From Delftia acidovorans NBRC 14950 (lineage in GTDB: Bacteria; Pseudomonadota; Gammaproteobacteria; Burkholderiales; Burkholderiaceae_C): a stretch of 32,000 nt of DNA. The notes under the pieces were generated by a model. The model ran no database searches, was not told where the DNA came from, and saw only the letters and a program-made list of their open reading frames with translations. Location: NCBI RefSeq assembly GCF_001598795.1, contig NZ_BCZP01000001.1, forward strand, positions 390,001-422,000, read 5' to 3'. Every line of letters starts with the position of its first letter. The stretch's first letter is position 1. A program made the position numbers and the translations under genes. Positions 21,415-29,049 of this stretch are shown here, piece after piece.

Positions 21415-21440
21415 TGTCGCAGGCTGCCCTGCCCACGCGG

Positions 21441-22550
21441 CTACAGGCCGTAGAACGGGCGGTTGGCCTCGATGCGTGTCTGCTCGCTGGCGGGGTAGCG
21501 GCGTTCGGCCAGCAACTGCTGCAGCGCGGCGCGGCCCAGGTCGCGCAGCGGGGTGTAGAAGGCGCTGACAGCCAGCTCGTCCAGCGCGCGCCAGGCGTAG
21601 ACCTGGGCGTCGATGAACAGGATGTCCTCGGCCGGGCGCGGCAGCGCGGCGGCCTGGCGCGCATAGAGGCAGGCCAGGGCGAACTCGGACCGCTCGCGGT
21701 GGTAGCGCGCCAGCTCGCACAGGGGCTCGGCCCGCTGTGGTCGCGCGGCATAGGCGGTGAGATAGGCCTCGCGCACGGCGGCCGGTTCGGCGCCCGAGCG
21801 CTCCAGCAGCACGCCGATCTGGAACAGAGCAAACCACTGCTCCTCGGCCCAGCCGCCCATGGCGGCGCGCTGCCGGTACCAATGCAGGCTGGACTCGATC
21901 TGGCCCGCGTCGCGGTGGCTTTGCGCCAGATAGAACACGTTGCGCGTGTTGCCGGGCTGCTCGCGCACGGCCTTCTCGAGCACGGCGATGTCGCGCAGGT
22001 AGGTCTGCGGATCACGCGCCCGCGCACCATCGTGCGAGACATCGATGAACGGCCCGGCCAGCATCTGCCAGGGCTGGTGCGCAGGCGCGGTCAGGTACTC
22101 GTGCAGCACGCCTTCCCAGCGCCAGTCCACGCGCGTGGAGATCAGCGCATTGCGCTGGTATTCGGTGCCCGCCATGTGGCAGGACAGCATGCAGCCGTCC
22201 GCCTCCAGCGCCGGCCATGCAAAGCCTTCGGGCACGCGCAGCTGCTCGTCGGCATCGATGAACAGCAGGTAGTCGCCGTGCGGCCGCGCCAGCTCCAGCG
22301 CCTCGTTGCGGTTGTGGGCGAAGTCCACCCAGGGCCGCTCATGCAGGATGCCGGGCACGCCGGCCATGCAATCACGCACCAGGGCCTGCGTGCCATCGCT
22401 GGAGCCCGTGTCCACGATCACCCAATGGTCCACCCACGGCTTGACCGAGGCCAGGCAACGCGCGATCACCGGGGCCTCGTTCTTGACGATCATGTTCAGG
22501 CAGATGCGGGCAGCAGAGCCTGGGCGTTTGCGCGGCGTGGAACCAGGCAT
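21441..22550 (-). CDS. Glycosyltransferase family 2 (SpsA-like N-terminal domain) fused to a TPR-like helical C-terminal domain; no TM segment
   Basis: 369 aa. [39 protein letters not shown] and LFIDADE (DxD) match GT2. The C-terminal half has repeated helical YLAQSH.../[21 protein letters not shown]-like segments. Confidence 0.8.
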   Translation of the reverse strand: MPGSTPRKRPGSAARICLNMIVKNEAPVIARCLASVKPWVDHWVIVDTGSSDGTQALVRDCMAGVPGILHERPWVDFAHNRNEALELARPHGDYLLFIDADEQLRVPEGFAWPALEADGCMLSCHMAGTEYQRNALISTRVDWRWEGVLHEYLTAPAHQPWQMLAGPFIDVSHDGARARDPQTYLRDIAVLEKAVREQPGNTRNVFYLAQSHRDAGQIESSLHWYRQRAAMGGWAEEQWFALFQIGVLLERSGAEPAAVREAYLTAYAARPQRAEPLCELARYHRERSEFALACLYARQAAALPRPAEDILFIDAQVYAWRALDELAVSAFYTPLRDLGRAALQQLLAERRYPASEQTRIEANRPFYGL

Positions 22551-22719
22551 GGTGTGGCTTTGCGCGAGCCTATTGGCACGTCACGGCAGTGCCCACGTCG
22601 GCGGCCTGCGCTGCTGTGCTGAACATGCCTGCACTGGGGCACAGGGTCCGGATGCGACGGGAGTGGATGCAGCAGGTGCGACGATCCAGGGTTCCTGTGA
22701 TGCTTGGATGCATACCGAT

Positions 22720-23805
22720 TCAGGGCGCCGAAAACTGCAGCGGCGCAGTGATGCTTGCCGGCAGACCCGCGTTGCTGAGAAGCGTCTCGACGAGAGGGAA
22801 CACTGCCTGGTTGGAAGTACTTACTGTGCAGTCGCCCGAAAGAATGTCCTCGGTGGATGTCACGTCAATGCCCAGGCTGGTCTGGCTTTGCGACAGCACC
22901 ACGCCGTTGGCATTGGCACCGCTCAAGCTATAGGTCTTGTTGTTGACCTTGGCATAGACCAGCGTCTTGGCAAAGCGAGGGATGCCCTCCACCGACCCTC
23001 CTGACGCCATGTAGGGCGTGCCCGTGCAGTCGGGCGTGAGAAAGAACAGGTTGTTGTCGTTCTGGATACGGCCGTCGAAGCGCATTCTTAAGAAATGACG
23101 GGTCGAGGTAAGCACGCCGACGGTGCTGTAGTTGGCCGTGTTCATGTCGATCAACGTTCCCAATATGGCGCCGCTGTTGTCCCTGAGGGTGACGCCCCCC
23201 CCGCCTGCGGGGCCGGTGGGTCCAGTGGGCCCTGCATCGCCCGTGGCGCCCGTGACACCCTGTATGCCCTGGATGCCTTGTGGGCCCATGGGCCCGATCT
23301 CCCCGGTCCCCGTGGCGCCGGTCGGTCCCATCGTGCCCTGAATGCCCTGCGGACCCGTGGGGCCGGCCGCTCCCGTGATGCCCGCGCCCGTGGGTCCTGT
23401 TGCTCCGGTGACACCGGTGGCACCTGTGGGTCCGGTCGGGCCGGCTGCGCCCGTGGCGCCTGCAGGACCGATGGCACCTGTCGAACCTGTGGCCCCCGTG
23501 GCGCCTGTCGCTCCCGTGGCACCTCCACCCACGCCCGCCGCGCAATGCGTGAGCTGGCCCGAGACGCCATCAAAACACAGCAGCTGGTTGCTGGTGGCCG
23601 TATCGGCCGGCAAGGCCGGCACCAGTACCTCGCCGGTACGCTGCACGCGCAGGCGCTCGGCGCCCACGGAGTTCTTGATCACGAAATCGCCATTGGCTGG
23701 CAGGGTGATGGAGACATCGGCCGCGAGTGCTGCGGAGGTGTGCAGGCCTGCGCCCGCAAACATCGCAAGCAGCAGGGCCGGGACAGGGCGACGGTTCTGG
23801 TGCAT
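22720..23805 (-). CDS. Secreted collagen-like triple-helix-repeat protein (signal peptide, about 65-aa N-domain, 34 GXY triplets, about 157-aa C-domain)
   Basis: 361 aa. Signal peptide [28 protein letters not shown]|AD. GXY region [25 protein letters not shown]...[13 protein letters not shown] lies 5 nt upstream of the ATG. Confidence 0.85.
   Translation of the reverse strand: MHQNRRPVPALLLAMFAGAGLHTSAALAADVSITLPANGDFVIKNSVGAERLRVQRTGEVLVPALPADTATSNQLLCFDGVSGQLTHCAAGVGGGATGATGATGATGSTGAIGPAGATGAAGPTGPTGATGVTGATGPTGAGITGAAGPTGPQGIQGTMGPTGATGTGEIGPMGPQGIQGIQGVTGATGDAGPTGPTGPAGGGGVTLRDNSGAILGTLIDMNTANYSTVGVLTSTRHFLRMRFDGRIQNDNNLFFLTPDCTGTPYMASGGSVEGIPRFAKTLVYAKVNNKTYSLSGANANGVVLSQSQTSLGIDVTSTEDILSGDCTVSTSNQAVFPLVETLLSNAGLPASITAPLQFSAP
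23206..23523 (-). repeat. Coding 9-nt-periodic collagen-like (GXY)n repeat: blocks of 15, 8 and 11 triplets separated by two G-X dipeptide interruptions; Thr in the Y position in 20 of 34 triplets
   Basis: Counted from the translation, residues 95-200 of the collagen-like protein. Confidence 0.85.
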
Positions 23806-23814
23806 GTCCGCTCC

Positions 23815-24513
23815 TCAGATCCGTGTGTTGCGGCGCTGGCGGTGCAGGGCCATGCCGCCCAGCAACAGGCTCATCAGCATCAGCCCGTAGTTGCTGAGCG
23901 TGGGAATGCTGGCCGGAGCCGTCACCACAGGCGCTCCGATCTGCACATTGCCAGGCACCACGCTGCCGCTGCTGTTGACCAGGGTCGCCGACGGCCCCAT
24001 GGTCACCACGGCGGTGCCAGGGCCGGAAGAGGTCAGTACCACCGGCCTGCCAGGAGAGCCCAGGGTAAGGGTGCCCAGCACCGTGAGGTTGGTGCCTGCC
24101 GGCAGAACGATGGTGGGAGGCGTTGCGCTGGTGCTGATCAGCGTGAGGTCCTTCACGATGATGTTGCCGCTCAGTTGCAGGGTGGAGCCGGCTGCGCACG
24201 AGTCCGACAGCACCACGCTGCTGGTGCCCAGGTTCAACGGCACGGTGCTGGTGAGATCGCCGCTGACGTTGAGCTGGCCCCCGGCGCCGGTGACCGTCGC
24301 GCCGGTGTCGAAGCTGAAGGACCCCGTGTCGAACGTCCCTGTGCCCAGTGTCAACTCGCCCTGCATGAGGACCGCCGTGCACGGCAGCTGGAACGAGCCG
24401 CCGGCCAGATCGATGCTGCCTCCCGCCGGAACGACCATCTGTCCCCACGCCGAGCCGCACAGCGCCGTGCCCAGGGCCAGCGACGCAGCCCAACGTTTTC
24501 CGAAACCTGCCAT
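23815..24513 (-). CDS. Exported Gly/Thr/Ser/Val-rich (beta-helix-like) protein with a C-terminal IPTL-CTERM sorting domain
   Basis: Start placed at ATG 24513 (MAGFGKRWAASLALGTALCGSAWG|Q signal peptide; GGGAGA upstream). The C-terminus ASIPTLSNYGLMLMSLLLGGMALHRQRRNTRI is an IPTL motif plus TM helix plus basic cluster (nt 23818-23907). The stop TGA overlaps the SD of the collagen-like gene. Confidence 0.75.
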   Translation of the reverse strand: MAGFGKRWAASLALGTALCGSAWGQMVVPAGGSIDLAGGSFQLPCTAVLMQGELTLGTGTFDTGSFSFDTGATVTGAGGQLNVSGDLTSTVPLNLGTSSVVLSDSCAAGSTLQLSGNIIVKDLTLISTSATPPTIVLPAGTNLTVLGTLTLGSPGRPVVLTSSGPGTAVVTMGPSATLVNSSGSVVPGNVQIGAPVVTAPASIPTLSNYGLMLMSLLLGGMALHRQRRNTRI

Positions 24514-24599
24514 GAGTCCGATCTCCCGCGTACAGACGGCAATGCGCCTGTCTGATTTTTGTAGAGGCAGGCACCCCCGTGGATAGGGCGCAGCACTGC

Positions 24600-24700
24600 C
24601 GAAGTCGGGCAAATGATCAGATAGAAAATGATTCTCTTGTAAGAAAAATTAACAATTGATTATGCGTTTTCATTTTTAGCAGGCTATCGGTTTACGCGGA
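24600..24700 (-). promoter_or_regulatory. Sharply AT-rich segment upstream of the IPTL-CTERM gene; putative promoter/UP-element or nucleoid-protein binding region
   Basis: Positions 24611-24680 contain 17 G+C of 70 (24%) in a roughly 65% GC window. Located 100-200 nt upstream of the 24513 start. Only weak sigma70-like hexamers are present (e.g. TTGTTA-17 nt-ATCATT on the minus strand). Confidence 0.35.
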
Positions 24701-24710
24701 GGGATGGGGT

Positions 24711-27278
24711 TTACCAATCCTCCTTGACCGCCAGCACTGCCTCGCGCCCTGCAGCCGCACGCCCGGCCAGCCAGGCCGTCAGCGTGCCTGCTGCGATCAC
24801 GCTGGCAGCCAGCGCCAAAAGGCGGGGCCACGGCAGGGACAGCTCCATGGTCCAGTGAAAGCTTTGCGGATTCACCACGTGCACCAGGATCACGGCCACG
24901 CCCAGGCCCAGCAGGCTGCCGGCGATGGCGCCTGCCGTGGTCCAGGCCATGCCTTCGCCAGCCACCACGGCCAGGATGTCGCGCCGCGTCAGGCCCAGGT
25001 GGGCGAGCAGCCCGAATTCCTTGCGCCGTGCCAGCACCTGGGCGCTGAAGCTGGCCGCGATGCCGAACAGGCCGATGCCGATGGCCACGGCCTGCAGCCA
25101 GTAGGTCACGGCAAAGCTGCGGTCGAAGATGCGCATGGAGCGCTCGCGCAGCGCGCCGCTGCTGGCGAACTCCAGGGCCTGCGCGGCGCCCGGCCCGGTC
25201 AGCAGGGACTGGATGCGCGCCTGAAGCTGTTGCGCCGTGGCCGTGTCGTCGCCGTCCGGCCAGATGGCGATTTCGGTGGGGCCTGCCGTGGTGGCGCTGC
25301 CGTCGGCAAGCCGTTGGTAGTCGTCCCAGTCCATGGCGATGGCGCCGAACTGGCGCACATAGTCGCGCCAGATGCCGGCCACAAACACGCGGGAATCTTC
25401 CGACGGCAGGGCCTGGGCCAGCAGCGGCCACTCCTGGCCCGGCCGCACGCCATAGAGTTGGGCCACGGCTTCACTGACATAGACGGGCGTGCTGCCAGCG
25501 GGCGCTTGCACGGGGCCTTGTATCCACGGCAACTGCTGGCCCTGGGGGCCATGCAGCGGACGCAGCAGCAGGCTGACGGCAGGGCGATCCGGGCTGAGCC
25601 ACAGGCTGGTGCTGCGCATGGGCTGGGCGCGCTGCACGCCAGGCAGGGCGGCAATGCGCGCGGCCAGATCGGCAGGCAGGGGCGCGGCATCGGCACGGCC
25701 TGCGCTGCCGGCCGTGCGCAGGTACAGCGGGGCGGGCAGCACGGCGTCCAGCCAAGCGATCATGCTGTCCCTGAAGCTGGCCACCATCACGGTCAGCGCC
25801 ACGGCCAGGCTCAGGCTGGCCACCACGCCGCCCACGGCCACGGTGGTGCTGCGGCGCATGCGCCGTGCGCGCTCCACGGGCAGGAGGGCCAACGGCTGGC
25901 GCAGCAGCGATTGCGGCACCAGGCGCAACAGCTGGCCCAGCAGCCAGGGCAGGGCGGCCATGCCGCCCAGAAGCAGCAGGGCCACGGCGGCATAGGCGGC
26001 CAGGGGAATGCCGGCCACGGGCGGCACAAAGGCCAGGGCCACGCTGGCTGCCATCAGCAGCAGGGCCGGCAGGCCGCGCGCCGCGCGTTCGGAGCCCGCG
26101 CCCTGGCCCTTGAGCGTGGCGGCGGGCGGCAACTCCATCGCCTGGCGCGCCGGCCACCAGCCGCCAGCCACGGTGGCGGCCACACCCAGCAGGCCAAAGG
26201 TCAGCGCGGCGCCGGCGCTCCACTGCAGTGCAGGCTGCACGCCGGCAAAGTAGCCGCCGCCCAGGTCACCGCCCAGCAGGTGCAGGGCCAGCCAGGCCAG
26301 GCCCGCGCCCAGCGCAATGCCGGCCGCGCTGCCCACAATGCCCAGCAGCAGCGATTCCAGCAGCACCAGGCCCAGGCGCTGGCGCGGCGTCAGTCCCAGC
26401 ACGGCCAGCAGGGCGAACTGCGGCGCGCGCTGGGCCACGCTGAGCGCCAGCACCGAGAACACCAGGAACGCCCCCGTGAACAGCGCCACCAGGGCCAGCA
26501 CCGTGAGGTTGACGCGGTAGGCGCGCGACATCTCGGCAATTCGCTGCTGGTCGTCGCCGGGGCGGCTGGCCAGGGCCTGGGCGGGCCAGTCGGGCAGGCG
26601 GCGCAGCTCGGCCAGCAGGGACTCGCGCGTGGCGCCTTCGGCCAGCAGCACATCGATGCGGTCCACCTGGCCCCAGCGCTGCAGGCTGTCCTGCAGCGCG
26701 CCGATGTCCATCACGGCCAGCGGCGGGCCGGATGCGGCCACCGTGCCCGCGATGCGCAGGGTCTGCGCGCGCCCGCCCAGTTGCCATGGCAGGGGCGTGT
26801 GCCGCGCCTGCTCCGGCGTCAGGCCCAGGGCTTCGAGTGCCGTTGCATTGAGGAAGACCGCATCGGGCGCGAACAGGTCCAGCCGCCCGCCGCCATCGAA
26901 CAGCCGGGGCATGAGCGCAGGCGCCACGGGCGCCAGCCGCAGCGCATCGCCGCCCAGCACGCGCAACTGCACCGGCGTGGCGGTGCCGGCCAGGGCCGTG
27001 GCTTCGATCCAGGGTGCGGCCAGGCTGACCTGGGGCTGCTGCGCAACGCGGCCATACAGCGATTCGGGCAGGCCGCCCTGCATGGCACGCAGCTCCAGGT
27101 CCGGCTGGCCGCTGACCGTGCGCACGGCGCGCGAGAACTCATCGAGCGCGGACTGGTTGATCACATGCACGGCAAAGCCCAGCGCCACGCCCAGCATGAT
27201 GGCCAGCAGGGCGGTGGCCGTGCGCCAGGGATGCTGGCGCAGCTCCTGCCAGGAAAAGGTGCGAAGCAGGGCGAGCAT
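24711..27278 (-). CDS. ABC transporter permease with two FtsX-like domains (fused AttF/AttG- or MacB/LolE-type), 855 aa
   Basis: N-terminal LRTFSWQELRQHPWRTATALLAIMLGVALGFAVHVINQSALDEF and a second homologous half (...AVTYWLQAVAIGIGLFGIAASFSAQVLARRKEFGLLAHLGLTRRDI). Large periplasmic loops after TM1 of each half. Confidence 0.85.
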   Translation of the reverse strand: MLALLRTFSWQELRQHPWRTATALLAIMLGVALGFAVHVINQSALDEFSRAVRTVSGQPDLELRAMQGGLPESLYGRVAQQPQVSLAAPWIEATALAGTATPVQLRVLGGDALRLAPVAPALMPRLFDGGGRLDLFAPDAVFLNATALEALGLTPEQARHTPLPWQLGGRAQTLRIAGTVAASGPPLAVMDIGALQDSLQRWGQVDRIDVLLAEGATRESLLAELRRLPDWPAQALASRPGDDQQRIAEMSRAYRVNLTVLALVALFTGAFLVFSVLALSVAQRAPQFALLAVLGLTPRQRLGLVLLESLLLGIVGSAAGIALGAGLAWLALHLLGGDLGGGYFAGVQPALQWSAGAALTFGLLGVAATVAGGWWPARQAMELPPAATLKGQGAGSERAARGLPALLLMAASVALAFVPPVAGIPLAAYAAVALLLLGGMAALPWLLGQLLRLVPQSLLRQPLALLPVERARRMRRSTTVAVGGVVASLSLAVALTVMVASFRDSMIAWLDAVLPAPLYLRTAGSAGRADAAPLPADLAARIAALPGVQRAQPMRSTSLWLSPDRPAVSLLLRPLHGPQGQQLPWIQGPVQAPAGSTPVYVSEAVAQLYGVRPGQEWPLLAQALPSEDSRVFVAGIWRDYVRQFGAIAMDWDDYQRLADGSATTAGPTEIAIWPDGDDTATAQQLQARIQSLLTGPGAAQALEFASSGALRERSMRIFDRSFAVTYWLQAVAIGIGLFGIAASFSAQVLARRKEFGLLAHLGLTRRDILAVVAGEGMAWTTAGAIAGSLLGLGVAVILVHVVNPQSFHWTMELSLPWPRLLALAASVIAAGTLTAWLAGRAAAGREAVLAVKEDW

Positions 27279-27297
27279 GGGCGGGCAATCTTTGGCG

Positions 27298-28014
27298 CTA
27301 GGCGGGCTGCATGCCCTGTGCGGTCAGGCGCAGCACGCGATCGGCACGGCGAGCGGCCTCGATGGAGTGCGTGACCAGCACCAGGGCGGCCTGGTGTTCC
27401 CGGGTCTGCTGCAGCAGCAGTTCCATGACCTGTGCGGCCGTGCCGGGGTCCAGGTTGCCGGTGGGCTCGTCGGCCAGCAGCAGGGCCGGTTCGTGGACCA
27501 GGGCGCGTGCAATGGCCACGCGCTGCAGCTGGCCGCCGCTGAGCTGCCAGGGCAGGCGCTGCTCCAGCCCCTGCAGCCCGACGGCCTGCAGCAGTTGCTG
27601 CACGCGCTGGCGGCCCGCCGCATCCAGCCGCTGCAGCAGCATCAGCGGCAGGGCCACGTTGTGCCAGACATCCAGATGGGGCAGTACATGGAAGGCCTGG
27701 AACACGAAGCCCACATGGCTGCGCCGCCACAGCGCGCGGCCGGTTTCATCCAGGGCCGACAGGTCCTGGCCTTCGTGCAGCACGCGGCCCTGCTGCCACT
27801 CATCGAGCCCGGCCAGGCAGTTGAGAAAGGTGGACTTGCCCACGCCCGAGTCACCCACGATGGCCACGAACTCGCCGCGCGCCACGCTGCAGTCCACGTT
27901 CTCGAAGACGGCGGTTTCCGTGCCGCCGTCGTTGCGGTAGCGCCGTGCCAGGCCCTGGACCTGAAGCAGCGGCGGCTGAGTCAGTGGCGTGTTGTCCCGG
28001 GGCGCGGCAGTCAT
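27298..28014 (-). CDS. ABC transporter ATP-binding protein (LolD/MacB-type), partner of the FtsX-like permease
   Basis: Walker A GDSGVGKST, signature LSGGQLQRVAIARAL, Walker B LLLADEPTGNLD. Start at ATG 28014 (MTAAPRDNT...), 16 nt after the miaA stop. Confidence 0.88.
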   Translation of the reverse strand: MTAAPRDNTPLTQPPLLQVQGLARRYRNDGGTETAVFENVDCSVARGEFVAIVGDSGVGKSTFLNCLAGLDEWQQGRVLHEGQDLSALDETGRALWRRSHVGFVFQAFHVLPHLDVWHNVALPLMLLQRLDAAGRQRVQQLLQAVGLQGLEQRLPWQLSGGQLQRVAIARALVHEPALLLADEPTGNLDPGTAAQVMELLLQQTREHQAALVLVTHSIEAARRADRVLRLTAQGMQPA

Positions 28015-28030
28015 GAAGGCGGTTTCCTGT

Positions 28031-29020
28031 TCAGCCGTTGCGGGCCTGGGTTGATGCGGCCACCACGGCCATCGCTGCCTGCAGCAGTTGCTGCTGGGCA
28101 TCGGGCGCATCGCAGGCAATGGCATGGCGGGCGGGCATGCTGCGCAGCCAGGTGATCTGGCGCTTGGCCAGCTGGCGCGTGGCGGCAATGCCGCGTTCGC
28201 GCAGCGAGTTCATGGAGTACAGGCCGTCCAGCGATTCCCAGGCCTGGCGGTAGCCCACGCAGCGGATGGAGGGCAGGTCCAGGTGCAGGTCGCCGCGCGC
28301 GCGCAGCTGCAGCACCTCGTCGATGAAGCCGGCGTCCAGCATGGCGTCGAAGCGCTGGGCGATGCGCGCATGCAGCCAGGCGCGGTCCTGCGGCTCCAGC
28401 GAGAAGAAACCGCCGGGGCTGATCAGGCCCTGTGCCGCATCCTTGCCCGCCCGCGTATGAAAGCTGGACAGCGGCTTGCCCGACACATGCCAGACCTCCA
28501 GCGCGCGCTGTATGCGCTGGCTGTCGGCCGGCGCCAGGCGTGCTGCCGTGGCGGGATCGACCTGGGCCAGCAGCGCATGCATGGCGGGCCAGCCGATCTG
28601 CGCGGCCTGGGCGTCCAGCCGCTCGCGCACGGCGGGGTCGGCGGCCGGCATGTCGTCAATGCCATCCTGCAGGGCCTTGAAATACAGCATGGTGCCGCCC
28701 ACCAGCAGCGGCAGGGCGCCGCGCGCGCGGATCTCGGCCACCAGGCGCTGCGTGTCCTGCACGAACTCGGCCGCGCTGTAGGCCTGCAGCGGGTCGCGGA
28801 TATCGATCAGGTGATGGGGGCAGGCAGCCAGTTCTTCGGGCGTGGGCTTGGCCGTGCCGATGTCCATGCCGCGATAGACCAGGGCCGAGTCCACGCTGAT
28901 GATTTCTGCGGCCTGGCCGCGTTCGGCCAGCAGCCTGGCCAGGGCCAAGGCGGCAGCGGTCTTGCCGGAAGCGGTGGGGCCGGCGATGGCCAGGCAGGGG
29001 AGCGGGGAAGCGTTGGACAT
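28031..29020 (-). CDS. miaA: tRNA dimethylallyltransferase (tRNA delta2-isopentenylpyrophosphate transferase)
   Basis: 329 aa. P-loop [11 protein letters not shown], then [19 protein letters not shown] and [11 protein letters not shown]. Start at ATG 29020; the 808-aa ORF in the track is an upstream read-through. Confidence 0.92.
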   Translation of the reverse strand: MSNASPLPCLAIAGPTASGKTAAALALARLLAERGQAAEIISVDSALVYRGMDIGTAKPTPEELAACPHHLIDIRDPLQAYSAAEFVQDTQRLVAEIRARGALPLLVGGTMLYFKALQDGIDDMPAADPAVRERLDAQAAQIGWPAMHALLAQVDPATAARLAPADSQRIQRALEVWHVSGKPLSSFHTRAGKDAAQGLISPGGFFSLEPQDRAWLHARIAQRFDAMLDAGFIDEVLQLRARGDLHLDLPSIRCVGYRQAWESLDGLYSMNSLRERGIAATRQLAKRQITWLRSMPARHAIACDAPDAQQQLLQAAMAVVAASTQARNG

Positions 29021-29049
29021 TCGAGAAACGGGAACGCAGGAAAGTGGAA

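Noticed and set aside
23206-23523. Short-period tandem repetition that might be mistaken for a CRISPR array or a non-coding satellite
   Set aside because: The period is 9 nt with no spacers, and the repeats sit in frame inside a signal-peptide-bearing ORF. This is a coding collagen-like repeat, not a CRISPR array.
23095-24555. Plus-strand ORFs opposite the collagen-like and IPTL-CTERM genes (486 aa; also 23132-23341 and 23342-23890 with PVGPVGP-type repeats)
   Set aside because: The Pro/Val/Gly periodicity is simply the reverse complement of the GXY-coding repeats. The minus-strand genes have signal peptides, SD sequences and a recognisable sorting domain.
18517-24710. Calling the 18.5-24.7 kb stretch a mobile genomic island or a phage-defence island
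   Set aside because: No integrase, transposase, tRNA attachment site, flanking direct repeats or recognisable defence enzymes (nucleases, helicases, RT, methyltransferases) are present. Only parDE and synteny or compositional hints support accessory status, so I report it as a hypothesis about insertion rather than as a mobile element.
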